From contig CAXXVO010000014.1 in the NCBI GenBank assembly GCA_963422645.2, positions 256,001 through 320,000 on the forward strand: a DNA stretch of 64,000 nt. The letters run 5' to 3'. Every line of letters begins with the position of its first letter. Position 1 is the stretch's first letter. The notes under the pieces are model-generated. The model was not told where the DNA came from. It saw only the letters and a list, made by a program, of their open reading frames with translations, and did not search any database. This document shows positions 50,480 to 61,406 of this stretch, in pieces. This stretch comes from Alphaproteobacteria bacterium. Its GTDB lineage: Bacteria; Pseudomonadota; Alphaproteobacteria; UBA828. The position numbers were made by a program, and so were the translations under genes.

Positions 50480-51516
50480 GAACCTGGGCAGTTACTCCTT
50501 CTTGAGCTGGATCAGCCGGTCGAAGGTGTAGTTGATCTCGTCGACCGTCATGTTGCCCTTGTCGCTGTACTCGAGCTCGCCGTTGGCCTCGAGCGCCATG
50601 GCGATATCCATGATGCCGATGCCCGGGAAGTTCTGCAGCGCCGTCCTGCCGCTGAACTCGGGGTTGACGAACTCGGCCCAGGTCTCGATCGGGCGGCCGA
50701 TCTTTTCCGGCTGCGCGCCGAGGGTATCGGCGTTGAAGGTACCGGGCACGATGGTCATCCATTGGCTGGACTCCGGCTCGACGAAGTCCCTGCCTTCGAT
50801 GGCTGAGGTCCAGCAGTAGCGAGACGGGTTCATGCCGTCCCCGTACCAGGCGTCGGCATGGATCTTGCCGCTCTTCTTGAAGATCCCGAGCAGCTGGTCG
50901 AAATGCTCCAGCCTCGTGACGTCGATCGCCTGCATGTTCCCGCTCGGGAAGATCTGCGGGAACTGCTCGAGATCCGGCTCGAAGAGGTCGGCCGATCTCG
51001 GCTGAGTGATGGCGCGCTGGCCGATGGTGTTGAGGTCTACCGCCGACATGTTGAACTGGAAGCCGAGCGCCTCTTCGGCCATCGCCTCGTAGGCGCTGGA
51101 GATCGTCACCGCCGTGCCGATCATGTTGATCTCGATGTCCTGGATGTCCTGCGACCAGACGGTCGGGAATCCGCCGATGCTCGCGCCGGCCGCCACGCCG
51201 GCAACCGCTGCCGAGCCCTTGAGCACGGACCGCCTGGAAATTCCTGTCTTCTTGAGATCCGCCATGAGCTTGCTCCTCCCCATTGTTGCGTTCTTGTCGC
51301 ACCGCAAGCGACGCGATCGGGAAGGAGCCGACGAGCAGGGCGCCCGTCGGCGCCGCCCGTCGCGTCGGAGCAGCACCTCTCCACGCCTAAGTGACTCGCC
51401 CGGAAGTATGCGGCGCTGCGCCAGGTGGCGCAAGCGCGGCACGGGGCCACCCGGCGGCTGTCGATCCCCGAGCCGGAGCGTCAACCGCGCCCGACCCTCA
51501 AGCCGGGATCACTCGC

Positions 51517-51819
51517 TCAGCCAGCGTGCGAGTCGAGCGTGGGGATCCCGGAGACATCGACCGTGCGCTCCGCGAGCGCGAGATCGCGGGCTCTCTGCAG
51601 ATTGAGCCAGAAAGCCGCGCCATTGCCGAACAGCTTGCCAAAGCGAACCGCCATCTCGGCCGTGACAGGCTGCTTCTCGCTGATGATGTCGTAGAGCGTC
51701 TGCCGGGAAATCCCGAGAGCGCCGGCAACGGCCGTCTTGGTCATGCCGAGCGCCGGCAGGACATCCTCCCGGAGAATTTCCCCCGGATGTGCGGGGATCA
51801 GGGACGGGTGTCTCTTCAT
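51517..51819 (-). CDS. higA: HigA antitoxin
   Basis: PAHPGEILREDVL, VTAEMAVRFGKLFG, FWLNLQ. Confidence 0.92.
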   Translation of the reverse strand: MKRHPSLIPAHPGEILREDVLPALGMTKTAVAGALGISRQTLYDIISEKQPVTAEMAVRFGKLFGNGAAFWLNLQRARDLALAERTVDVSGIPTLDSHAG

Positions 51820-52097
51820 CAGTGATAGTCCTCAATGTCTACGGTGATGGCACCATCGTCGTCCCACCCGAACGTTACGCGGACATTAGCCGTCAGGCGG
51901 ACGGAATAGCGGCCGGCACGATTACCGCTCAGTGAATGGAAATGCGATCCGGGATAGTTCATGTCCTCTGGTCTGTCGGAGGCATCGAGCGCTGAAAGGA
52001 TTCGGTGCAACTTCCCGATCCACTGGGCGTTCAGGCCCTTCGTCTGCCCCTTGGTCCAGTACTGTCGCAGCGCCTTGTGTCGAATGCTGCCGATCAC
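51819..52097 (-). CDS. higB: HigB (RelE/ParE family) toxin
   Basis: IGSIRHKAL, FHSLSGNRAGRYSVRLTANVRVTF, EDYH; TGATG coupling to higA. Confidence 0.92.
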   Translation of the reverse strand: MIGSIRHKALRQYWTKGQTKGLNAQWIGKLHRILSALDASDRPEDMNYPGSHFHSLSGNRAGRYSVRLTANVRVTFGWDDDGAITVDIEDYH

Positions 52098-52266
52098 CAC
52101 TGCAGCGTGATTGAGCCGGGCGTTATTGTCAAGTGTCGCCTTACAGATCTCGTCGCTCTGGATGCGACACTGCCGCAATCCGCTCGGCTGCAACGGTCAC
52201 TTGAGAGGCAGACCCGGCAGAATGCCCACAAGCTGCGACCGTGCGCTCGAACGCTCAGCGGAAGCG

Positions 52267-52306
52267 TGGCACGCCCGGCAGGACTCGAAGCTGCAACCCC
52301 AGGCTT
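52267..52306 (-). other. degenerate tRNA 3'-half (att-like remnant)
   Basis: Minus strand ...GGTTGCAGCTTCGAGTCCTGCCGGGCGTGCCA: T-arm, acceptor 3' strand and CCA, with no 5' half. Confidence 0.7.
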
Positions 52307-52365
52307 GGCCGAAAATCCGTCCGTGCACTAAGATTCGAACCGGACCGGTCCCCGGGCTCGCGCCA

Positions 52366-53445
52366 ATGACTTCACCGGACAGCGTCGTACTGATCGAACG
52401 GACTCCCCTCCTCGACCGCATTCAGGAAAATCTTGGGCGGCGTCTGACACTGATCGACGCACCGGCCGGGTATGGCAAGACGACCCTTCTGAATCAGCTG
52501 CGCGCCAGGTTGAGCCGCTGCGGCATTACCCGGGCCTGGGTTCAGATTGGACGCCGCGATCGCGATCCGACCTCGTTGGTCGCGCTCCTGGAGCAGGCAG
52601 CGCGGGCCGACCTGGGAATTCACGCGACCGTATCGGGCGATCTGGACCCGCTTGTGCGCCTCTCGATGCTGACATCGATCATGGCTGAAAGCGGTGAGGA
52701 GGCATGCCTGATCATCGACGATGCGCATTTCGCTCATAACGACGCATGCCTTGAGCTCTTCGAATACCTCATCCACAACAGCCCGCGCACCATTCATATT
52801 GTCATTGCGACCAGAGAGCGGTCGGGAATTCCGGTCTCAGGCCTGAGATTGCAGGGTGAAGTTCACGAGATCACCGTCAACGACCTCAGATTCGACGAGG
52901 GGGACATCGGAGCACTGTTCGATCAGCCGCTGGACGAGCAGGTTTCGAGGCAGCTGATCGAGCGGACCGAGGGGTGGCCGGTCGCGGTTCAACTAACGCA
53001 GCTGACCCACGATTGCAGCGTGCCGCTGGCGCGCGATGTCAACGGCTTGTCCGGATCGCGGGCCGAGCTGGCCGATTATCTGAATGAACGCGTGTTCAAA
53101 CAGCTTCCGGAAGACCTGCAGAAATTTTTGCTCGAAACGGCGCACCTGGAGCGTTTGAACGGCGATCTTGCGGATGCCGTTCGCGCGCGAAGCGACGGAT
53201 GGGCGAGACTGCTCGAGATTTGGACGGCCGGAGTCCTGCTGTCCAGGAGCGACGCTCCCGAGGACGGGTGGTTCAAGCATCATCAGCTGTTCCTGGAATT
53301 CCTGCGGCAACAGCAAGTTTATCTCGGCAGAGAGCTCGTCGATACATTGCATCGACGCGCCGCCGATTGGTTCTTCGATACCAATGACCTTCAGTCCGCA
53401 ATACACCACGCCAAGGCGGGAAACGATTACGCGCGGGCGATAGGG
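52366..53445 (+). pseudogene. MalT-like ATP-dependent LuxR-type regulator, 3' truncated
   Basis: APAGYGKTTL, LIIDDAH, DLRF, RTEGWP, WFKHHQLF, LHRRAADWF; cut at 53446 before the TPR/HTH region. Confidence 0.88.
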
Positions 53446-54684
53446 TCAGACTTCCTGACCTCTGCTGATTTTAGGTGACACGAGCCGCGCGGATTCCGAG
53501 GCCCCGTCGATGTCGTAGACTATGCGCAGACGGGTGCCGGGGAAGACCGTTTCGGTGGCGTTCAGGTCGCTCAGAACCGCATCGATCCAACGGTCGCAGG
53601 CGTCGTTTGCGAGGCCAAGAATGTGGACCCGCAGGAGGCCATTGCCAGGATCCGGCAGGATGTCGGCATCGGCGGTGAGCAGCGCTTGAAGCAGTTTCCG
53701 GGGATGGGGCTTGTGGCCCTGCGCCTGCATGACGGGAAGCATCATGCGGGTTTCGGCGCGGTAGGCGATCATCCGGATGACGTCGAGGAGGAGGCGCTCG
53801 CGCGCGGGCAAGGCATCGAGCTGCTCGGCTTCGTCGAGGTCGCCGGCCCGGCAGTGCTTGGGCGTCTCCCTGCGGCTGGCCCTGACGATGTCGCGGACAT
53901 CCTGGAGGTCCCTGACTTCCCTCCTGAGTTCCGCCGTCGGCTGCTTCTTCCGGGCCGTGTCGGCGATGCGGTTGCGCAGGCGGCCAAGCTGGCGGTCGAG
54001 GCGATGGATTGCCTTGTCATAGGCCCGCCGCAGCGGGTTGACGACCATGGCGGCGGGATCGAGAGGCTCGAGCTCGTGGGTCGGCAGGGCGTCGAGATTG
54101 AACTCGTCACGCATGTACTTGAAGAAGTTCTCCTGCGACCAGCGCGAGAACATGGCGCCCGCAACCTCAGCCATCGGCTTGTGCGGATCGGTGGTGATCA
54201 GCGGCACCTGACGGCCGTTGTCGAGCAGGCGGCGGATCTGGCGCACCCTGAAGCCGTTCGGCAACGTCACCGGCTTCTCAGCCAGCCGCATGGTGGCGCT
54301 GCCGTCCGCCGCCGGTCCGTGAATGGGAACGGTCATCGCGCCGAAGTCCTCGGCCGGCCAGTCCTCGCCCCTGAAGTTCTTGTGCCAGGTCAGGCAGGCG
54401 ACGCCGCGCCTCGCCAGCCGGCGGAACAGATCCGGGCTCCAGCCCTCGCGGTCGAAGACCAGGGTGAGCGCCGGCTGGCCGGGATGCTCGGCGGTCAGGT
54501 CCGGCGCCCCGGCGCCAACGATCCCAAGCTCCTGCAGCGCCGGCACCACGTCGGCTTCGATGGCCGCGACCATCTTCGGGTCCAGCGGCTTGTGCAGACA
54601 GAGCAGCGGCTTGCCGCCCAGAGCGTTGATCCAGTAGCTGGCGCTCGCCGGCAGGCACAGCTTCTCGCGCGAGACGAAGTGCTT
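53446..54684 (-). mobile_element. 3' part of an unclassified DDE-type transposase element, interrupted by IS66
   Basis: KHFVSREKLCL, LVFDREG, MFSRWSQENFFKY, ends GQEV-TGA at the element boundary. Confidence 0.8.
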
Positions 54685-55975
54685 GTAACTGCCCAGGTCG
54701 TCTGATTTGTCATTTTGGGCCAGTGGATTGAGGCGTTTCTCGTTCGGAGTTGGTGGAAAGGGCTTGACGGGAATTTCGGGAAATGACTCAACAACGACAT
54801 GAGCAATCCCGAGTCGCCGCGCGGCCCTTCGACGGGAGCAGCGCCCGAAACGCCCGCGCAGAAGATCGCCCGCCTGGAGGAGGAGAACGCCCGGCTTCGG
54901 GAGGAAAATGCCTGGCTTCGGCAGCAGAACGCGCGGCTGGAAGAGCAAGTCGCGCGTCTCGTCGAGCGCATCGAGGAGTTGGAGCGCCGTCTCGGCCTCA
55001 ACAGCGGCAACAGCGGCAAGCCGCCTTCGAGCGATGGGCTGAGGAAGCCGAATTCGAAGCGGCGAACCCGAAGCCTGCGCGGCAAATCGGGCCGCAAGCC
55101 CGGTGGCCAGCCCGGCCACAAGGGCAAGACGCTGCGCCGCGCCGATCACCCGGATCGGGTGAAGGATCACGTCCCGGCTTCCTGCAAGGGATGCGGTTCG
55201 CCGCTTTCGGACGCGGCCAGGGCGGGAACGCCCGTCGCCCGCCAGGTGTTCGATCTGCCCGAGCCGAGCCCCCTGGAGGTGACCGAGCACCGGGCGCATG
55301 CCAAGTGCTGCGGGCATTGCGGGACGGTGACCCGGGCGGCGTTCCCCGACGGGGTGTCGGCGCCGGTGCAGTACGGCCCGCGCATTGCCGGGGTGGCGGT
55401 CTACCTTCAGCACGCTCACTTCCTGCCGGAGGATCGGCTGTCGCAGGTGATGGCCGAGCTCTTCGGCGCGCCGGTGACGGCTGCGACGTTGGCGACGATG
55501 AGCGAGAGGGCGGCCGAGCGGCTTGCGGGACGCGGCCTTGCACATACAGGACCTGGCGGCGGGCACGGCGCGGGTGAAACACATGGACGAGACCGGCTTG
55601 CGGATCGGCGGTCAGACGCAGTGGCTTCATGTGATCTGCACGCCGCTGCTGGCGGCGTACCGGGTCAGCGGCAAGCGCGGCGCCCTGCTCTCGGGTGTCT
55701 CCGGCATCGTCGTGCACGATCACTGGAAGCCGTACTTCGCGATGGAAGGGGTGGAGCACGGCCTGTGCAACGCCCATCACCTGCGGGAGTTGCAGGCGCT
55801 GGTGGACATCGAAGGGGAGGCTTGGGCCCGGCGGATGCAGCAGCTCCTGCGCCGAGCCAATCGCGCCGCCCGCATCGCGCTGGACAAGGATATCGCCGTT
55901 CCGGCGAGGCTTGTGGCGCTGATCGAGCGCCGATACGACGAGATCATCGCCGATGCGCTGGCCTTTCACGAGAGC
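54685..55975 (+). mobile_element. IS66 copy 2, truncated by IS21
   Basis: Same left IR and near-identical sequence to copy 1; ends at ...CACGAGAGC where IS21 starts. Confidence 0.93.
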
Positions 55976-56177
55976 TGTCAATCGGCTTTCAATACTGACC
56001 CCCGATCGGCGTGCAAAATTGACCCCCCTGAGTGGCACGGCGGAGGTTGTCCCGGTAGCCAATAGGGGGGACCCGCGCGGCTTCGTGTGGCGCCCTGCGC
56101 TACGCGGAGCGAAGCCGCGTGGGGGGTCCCTGTTGGCCCACCGGGGCAACCGGGCCGCAAGGGAGGCCGGCGGCGGG

Positions 56178-56906
56178 TCAGGAGCGGTTCTTGAAGCGCC
56201 AGCTCTCGTTGCCGGTCTCGATGATCTCGCAATGATGGGTGAGGCGATCGAGCAGCGCTGTGGTCATCTTGGGGTCGCCGAAGACGGATGGCCATTCGCC
56301 GAAGGCGAGGTTTGTGGTGATGACGATCGAGGTGCGCTCGTAGAGCCGGCTCATCAGATGGAAGAGCAGCTGCCCACCGGCCTGGGCGAAGGGCAGGTAG
56401 CCGAGCTCGTCGAGGATGACGAAGTCGCGGCGGACGAGCTGGTCTGCAGTGCGGCCCTGGCGTCCGGCGCGAAGCTCGGCCTCGAGGAGGTTGACCAGGT
56501 CGACGACGTTGTAGCACCGGCCGCGCGCGCCCTTGCGGATGCAGGACCGCGCGATGGCGACGGCGAGATGGGTCTTGCCGGTACCGGTGCCGCCGACCAG
56601 CACGATGTTGCGTTTGCCCTCGAGGAAGCCGCCGCCGGCGAGCTCCTGGATCAGGGGCTCGTTGACCGGCGAGGCGGCGAAGTCGAAGTCGGCCAGCTCC
56701 TTGACCGTCGGCAGCTTGGCGGAGGCCATCTGGTACTTGATCGAGCGGGCCCTCTTGTCGGCGATCTCGACCTGCAGCAGCGTACCGATGATCTGTTGCA
56801 CCGGATGGCGGCGCTTGAGCCCGTCGGCAAGGATGTCGTCGTAAGCGGCGCGCATACCTGCGAGCTTCAGCTGGGTCATCATCTCCAGCACATCATGACG
56901 CTCCAT
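56178..56906 (-). CDS. istB: IS21 helper ATPase
   Basis: [28 protein letters not shown]. Confidence 0.95.
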   Translation of the reverse strand: MERHDVLEMMTQLKLAGMRAAYDDILADGLKRRHPVQQIIGTLLQVEIADKRARSIKYQMASAKLPTVKELADFDFAASPVNEPLIQELAGGGFLEGKRNIVLVGGTGTGKTHLAVAIARSCIRKGARGRCYNVVDLVNLLEAELRAGRQGRTADQLVRRDFVILDELGYLPFAQAGGQLLFHLMSRLYERTSIVITTNLAFGEWPSVFGDPKMTTALLDRLTHHCEIIETGNESWRFKNRS

Positions 56907-58407
56907 GACCGGCCTCCCTCAGGCTGTCGTAGCGCTGACAGTCGGCTACCGGCTTGTGGCGAAGCTGCAGGCCCTCGGGCGTCGGGATGATTGCCGGCGG
57001 TGCCGGCTGGCGCTGCCGGGCGAGGATGTTGAGCACCACGTCGGCGCTGCAGGCACCGCAGTCGAGCGTCTCGGCACAGGCCGCCTCAACCGCCTCCAGT
57101 CCGTCCTCCAGCACCGCCGCGAGCACCTTGACGAACTGCCGGTCGCCGTCGTCGTGGCCCGCGAGCCGGGTTCGCAGGCGGCCGAGCGCGTTGGGCAACT
57201 GCCAGTCCTTGAAGGGCGCGCCATTGCGTAGCGCGCCGGGCTTCCGCGTCAGGATCGGCACGTAATGCCACGGATCGTAGACGAACCGGCCGCGCCCGAA
57301 GCTGCGGGGGTGCTCGGCAACGGTCTCGCCGTCCTGGCGGATGACGATCCGATCGGCATAGGCCCGCACGTCCACCGGCCGGCCGACGGCGCGGGCCGCG
57401 ACGCTGTACTGGTTGTTGTCGAAGCGCACCAGACAGGTCTTCGAGACCGACACCTCGCTGGCATGGAAGCCGTCGAAGGGGCCGCGATACGCCATCAGGA
57501 AGGGCTGCTCCTCCTCGAACACCTGCCACACCGTCTTGCCCGGGATTGTCGGATGCGGATGCTTCTTGGCGTCCTCGATGCACCGATCCATCAGCCACTC
57601 GTTGATCTCGGCGTAGGAGCGGCCCCGCGGGATGGGCACGAACAGGCGGCCGCGAAGGTCACCCACCTGCTTCTCGACCTGCCCCTTCTCCCAGCCAGCC
57701 CCTGGCGTGCACGCCACAGGCTCCACCAGATGGTGCGAGCACAGCTCCTGGAAGCGGCGGTTGTAGTCCCGCTTCTTGCCCACGAAGATCGTGCTCACCG
57801 CCGTCTTCATGTTGTCGTAGATGCCCCGCCGGCAGACCCCGCCGAAGAAGCGGAAGGCACGCTCGTGCGCCTCGAAGACCATCTCCTGGCTCTCGCGGGG
57901 AAAGATCTGGACCAGATACATCCGGCTGTGGCACAGCCGCATGTGCGCCGCCTTCACCCTGGTCGTCGCGCCCGACAGACGCGCGTACTCGTGGCTCCAG
58001 TCGAACTGGTAGGCCTCGCCGGGATCGAAGATCAGCGGCACATAGGCCTGCGCCGGCGACAACAGCCGCCACCGGCGCCGCCAGGCCCTGGCATAGCGGC
58101 GAACCGCGTCATAGCCGCCCTTGTAGCCCAGCGACACAAGGTCTTCATGAATCCGCAGAAGAGACAGCCGATCCTTGCGTGCCTTCTTCTCGTTGGCCTT
58201 CAGCTGGCGCTCAAGCTCCTCCACCCACAGCCCAAGCTTCGGCATCGGCTGGATCTTGCGCTCGTAGCTGTGCGAGGTCGCATCGCCCCGCACCACCTTG
58301 CGTATCGTGTTCTTGGAAACCCTCAAATCCCGGGCGAGCTTCTTGATCGGAACGCCCTTCACCAGATGATCCCGACGGATCTTCGCGATCGTTTCCACAA
58401 CCAGCAT
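56893..58407 (-). CDS. istA: IS21 transposase
   Basis: [27 protein letters not shown]. Confidence 0.95.
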   Translation of the reverse strand: MLVVETIAKIRRDHLVKGVPIKKLARDLRVSKNTIRKVVRGDATSHSYERKIQPMPKLGLWVEELERQLKANEKKARKDRLSLLRIHEDLVSLGYKGGYDAVRRYARAWRRRWRLLSPAQAYVPLIFDPGEAYQFDWSHEYARLSGATTRVKAAHMRLCHSRMYLVQIFPRESQEMVFEAHERAFRFFGGVCRRGIYDNMKTAVSTIFVGKKRDYNRRFQELCSHHLVEPVACTPGAGWEKGQVEKQVGDLRGRLFVPIPRGRSYAEINEWLMDRCIEDAKKHPHPTIPGKTVWQVFEEEQPFLMAYRGPFDGFHASEVSVSKTCLVRFDNNQYSVAARAVGRPVDVRAYADRIVIRQDGETVAEHPRSFGRGRFVYDPWHYVPILTRKPGALRNGAPFKDWQLPNALGRLRTRLAGHDDGDRQFVKVLAAVLEDGLEAVEAACAETLDCGACSADVVLNILARQRQPAPPAIIPTPEGLQLRHKPVADCQRYDSLREAGHGAS

Positions 58408-58526
58408 CTCCCCCACCACCCCGTCCGTCCAAACGACGAGGTGTGTTCATGGACACAAATCCAAGGGGGTCAATTTTGGACGCCGATCACCCCCAATAGG
58501 GGGTCACTTTTCCACGCTTAACAACA

Positions 58527-58731
58527 ATCAGGCCACCATCGAAGGCGGCACTCACCTTCTTGCGTTGGACGCTTGGCAGATCGAAGGGGAGAAGGCTATC
58601 GTCGGTCATGGCGGGCGTGGCGTTTTCGTTGTTCGGAGAGGAAGACGCTCGGACAACGAATTCCTACCCGATGGCAACGGCTTACGCTACGTCCGCCACC
58701 CCAAAATCAGACACGCCGTGAATAATTGGGG
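58527..58731 (-). mobile_element. IS1380-family 5' remnant
   Basis: ATG 58609: MTDDSLLPFDLPSVQRKKVSAAFDGGL; end CCCCAATTATTCAC next to CTAG. Confidence 0.8.
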
Positions 58732-58861
58732 CTAGCGCTTTGCACCCTGAGGGCAGGACCCTGATGCCGAAGCCCTTGAGGTCCCGGTCGCGGATGTCGT
58801 AGGCGGACTTGCGGGGCTTGAGGGCGTCGACGCGGCGGTCGTTGAGGCGAAGCGTCGCCAT
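58732..58861 (-). pseudogene. tyrosine integrase N-terminal arm-binding domain fragment
   Basis: GGAGG RBS, MATLRLNDRRVDALKPRKSAYDIRDRDLKGFGIRVLPSGCK, cut by IS1380. Confidence 0.8.
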
Positions 58862-58999
58862 TGGTATTCCTCCTGGGCTGCGAGTTGCTGCCGGGGCGAA
58901 AACGGGGAGCGGTTTCGCCGTCCCCGGCCGAATCAGGAGGAAATAAACAAAGCTATTTCAGTGTCTTAGCACCGAAGGTGCGCTTCGGGGTGTACTCTT

Positions 59000-59035
59000 T
59001 CCTCTCCACGGGGGAGGAGAGAGCCGGGGTGAGGA
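59000..59035. repeat. REP-like palindrome related to 9290-9403
   Basis: ctctcc...ggagagagccggggtgagg is the reverse complement of the cctcaccccggccctctcc unit. Confidence 0.55.
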
Positions 59036-59045
59036 GGGGGCAGCC

Positions 59046-59834
59046 CTACCAGCTGTTTCGGAGCTCGCGGAGCTTGAGGAAGACCTCGCGCGGGCCGGGG
59101 GTGTCCGAGAGATCGGGGAAGGCCTCGCGCAGGCGCGCGATCACCGTGGGGTTGTGGAGACGGAAGAAGGTGTTGATCTCCTTCTCCAGCGCGAGCGTCG
59201 AGACCATGGCGTCGTCGGGGTCCTGCGGCCCGACATCCTCAAGTAGGGACGCCGCCCGCTCGTTGTCGGGCTCCCGGTCCAGGGTGAAGCCCAGGTTGTG
59301 CGCAATATAGTCGTGGCCCGGATAGATCAGGGTCTTGTCCGGCAGCTTCGCGAGCTGGCCGGCGAAGGTCTCGAAGAGCTCCGCCGGATGACCGCCGGAA
59401 TGGCAGTTGCCCGCGCCGGCATTGAAGAGGGTATCGCCGCAGAAGAGGGCGGGTGTGTCGGTGCGCGAGAGCAGGCAGACGTGGCTCATGGTGTGCCCGG
59501 GGGTGTCCAAAGCCTCGAGCTCCATGGCGCCCACCTTGATCACGTCGCCCGCACCGAGCCCGCGGTCGATGCCGGGGATCTTGCCCTTGGCGTTGGCGTG
59601 GGCGAGCAGGCTGGCGCCGGTGGCCTTGATCATCGCCTGGTTGCCGCCCGTGTGATCGCCGTGCTCGTGGGTGTTTAGTATCTGGGTGATCTGCCAGCCC
59701 TTGCCCTTGGCCGCCTTGAGGCAGCGGCGGTGATCGAGCGGGTCGACCGCGAGCGCCTCGCCGGTCTCCGGACAGGCGATCAGGTAGTTGAAGTTGCGAT
59801 AGTCGTTGGCGGTCCAGATCTGCTCGACGAGCAT
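59046..59834 (-). CDS. gloB: hydroxyacylglutathione hydrolase (glyoxalase II)
   Basis: THEHGDHTGG, TPGHT, FCGDTLF, PGHDY, EKEINTFFR. Confidence 0.9.
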   Translation of the reverse strand: MLVEQIWTANDYRNFNYLIACPETGEALAVDPLDHRRCLKAAKGKGWQITQILNTHEHGDHTGGNQAMIKATGASLLAHANAKGKIPGIDRGLGAGDVIKVGAMELEALDTPGHTMSHVCLLSRTDTPALFCGDTLFNAGAGNCHSGGHPAELFETFAGQLAKLPDKTLIYPGHDYIAHNLGFTLDREPDNERAASLLEDVGPQDPDDAMVSTLALEKEINTFFRLHNPTVIARLREAFPDLSDTPGPREVFLKLRELRNSW

Positions 59835-59858
59835 GCGCGCTCTCCCGGTTCGGCGGCG

Positions 59859-60422
59859 TCAGTCGGGGTCCAGTTCGGAATCCCAGTAGAGGTAGTCGCC
59901 CCAGCTTTCGTGCAGGTAGCGGGGCGGGAAGCGCCGTCCCGCCTCGTGCAGGTCGTAGGCGCTGGGCGGCTTGGGCTTGCGCGCCGGTCGCATGCCGCAC
60001 TCCCGCGGCAGCCGGTTGCTCTTCGCGAGGTTACAGGCGCTGCAGGCGGCGACGACGTTGTCCCAGGTGGTGCGCCCACCGCGCGAGCGCGGCACCAGGT
60101 GGTCGAAGGTGAGGTCCTCCACCGGAAAGGGCGTCACGCAATACTGGCAGGAGAACGAATCGCGCAGGAAGACGTTGAACCGCGTGAAGGCGGGCCGGCG
60201 CGCGAGCGGGCGGTAGCGCTTGAGCGCGACCACGCTCGGCAGCCGGATCGCCGTGCTGGGCGAGCGGATCGCCCGGTCGTATTCCGAGAGGATGGTCACC
60301 CGGTCGAGGAACGCCGCCTTGATCGCATCCTGCCAGCCCCAGACCGAGAGCGGGAAGTAGCTGAGCGGCCGGTAGTCGGCGTTGAGCACGAGGGCTGGGC
60401 AGCTCTCCAAGGATGCTTGCAC
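59859..60422 (-). CDS. HNH endonuclease (McrA-like)
   Basis: ALVLNADYRPL, RDSFSCQYC, TFDHLVPRSRGG...WDNVVAACSACN; start uncertain. Confidence 0.9.
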   Translation of the reverse strand: MQASLESCPALVLNADYRPLSYFPLSVWGWQDAIKAAFLDRVTILSEYDRAIRSPSTAIRLPSVVALKRYRPLARRPAFTRFNVFLRDSFSCQYCVTPFPVEDLTFDHLVPRSRGGRTTWDNVVAACSACNLAKSNRLPRECGMRPARKPKPPSAYDLHEAGRRFPPRYLHESWGDYLYWDSELDPD

Positions 60423-61133
60423 GGTTCCAGGCCCCCTCAACGCGGCTCCGGTGCGCCCACCAGCGGCCTAATCTCCGACGGCGCGCCAGATTTGCGGGCG
60501 CATCATGCCAAAGTGCGGGCGCAGCGCAAACCCGCAGCGGAGCAAAGGGGCAGGGCGTGATGCGACCCGTGGCGCCTGTCGGTGCCTATTCGACCACGAA
60601 TGTCGGCGAGAAGTCGGCGGGCGCGAGCGAAAGGCGCGTGTTGAACGAGTCGAGATTGGCTTGCTCCACGACGTGGATCAAAGGCCCGGCGTGCGGGTGC
60701 TCGAGCTTGCCTTCGAGAAACCGAACCGCCATCTCGATACCCATCCGGCCTTGCAGGGCGGGGAAATCGGTGGGCGCCGCGAGGATCTTGTCGCGCTTGA
60801 TGCCGCGATACACCGCATGCGTGAAGTAGTCCGCCAACACCCGGATCTGCCCGGTGAGGCCGCGCGCCCTGAGCAGGCTCACCGCGGCGCCCGCGGTGAC
60901 CGCGCTGCCCACGATGTAGTCGACATCGGGGCGTTCCTCCAGCGCCTCCTCGACTAGGATCAGCTGGATTTCGCGGCCGGTGTCGCCCCACTTCTTCACG
61001 ACGATGTCGACGGCGCTGCCCGCGAGCGCCTCGGTGAATCCCTCCTCGACAAAACAGTCATGGTCCCCGCGGTTCTGAGCCACCCCGTGGCATGAAACAG
61101 GAGCGGTTCGGCTGACGTTTTCCTTGCGCTTGC

Positions 61134-61345
61134 ACCCATTTGCCGTGTCAGGATGGGTATTGGCGGAGGTGGGGACGTGTGAGCGTCGTTATATCGGTGA
61201 CGTAGTTCCCGATGACAAAACTGCTTCCGGCGGCCGGCTCCGCACCCCGTATTGTACCCGGCCCGTGGCCGTGGACGCGCGGCAAATTGCACCGCACCCG
61301 CTCGTCGGATGCGTGTTCTTCCGACCGCTGTCCCCGCCTCCACCG
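61134..61345 (+). ncRNA. candidate IS110 bridge RNA
   Basis: Structured non-coding left end: 12-bp stem 61165-61176/61330-61341; short matches to target (GACAAA, 61214) and circle junction (CGGCAAA, 61280). Confidence 0.5.
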
Positions 61346-61406
61346 TGGCGATGCCACGGCGTGATCGTACGCCGCCGTGGCGAGAGCGCAAATGAGGAGG
61401 AAGGCG

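Larger units (their letters stand above)
48606..50495 (+). mobile_element. IS66-family element, single-ORF type, copy 1
   Basis: IRs GTAACTGCCCAGG / CCTGGGCAGTTAC; 8-bp TSD TCCTTCTT at 48598-48605 and 50496-50503. Confidence 0.95.
48075..51265 (-). pseudogene. PotD/PotF-like Tat-exported solute-binding protein split by IS66
   Basis: ISRRSVLKG signal; removing the IS and one TSD restores LIQLKKDGHFRAFWSTF...WNEFQTA. Confidence 0.9.
55976..58526 (-). mobile_element. IS21-family element
   Basis: TGT...ACA ends with repeated TGACCCC motifs at matching offsets; istA-istB; no TSD. Confidence 0.93.

Noticed and set aside
22070-55531. Shared GAGCGGCT motif at the EEP and IS66 frameshifts as a methylation-linked error signature
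   Set aside because: The indels fall on opposite sides of the motif, and the motif also occurs in intact genes such as frmA
53446-55584. 712-aa transposase ORF
   Set aside because: Chimera of antisense IS66 sequence and the transposase 3' part, joined at 54684/54685
59859-60422. HNH nuclease as a defence or RNA-guided effector
   Set aside because: Typical short chromosomal McrA-like HNH beside gloB, with no RuvC domain, array or partner genes
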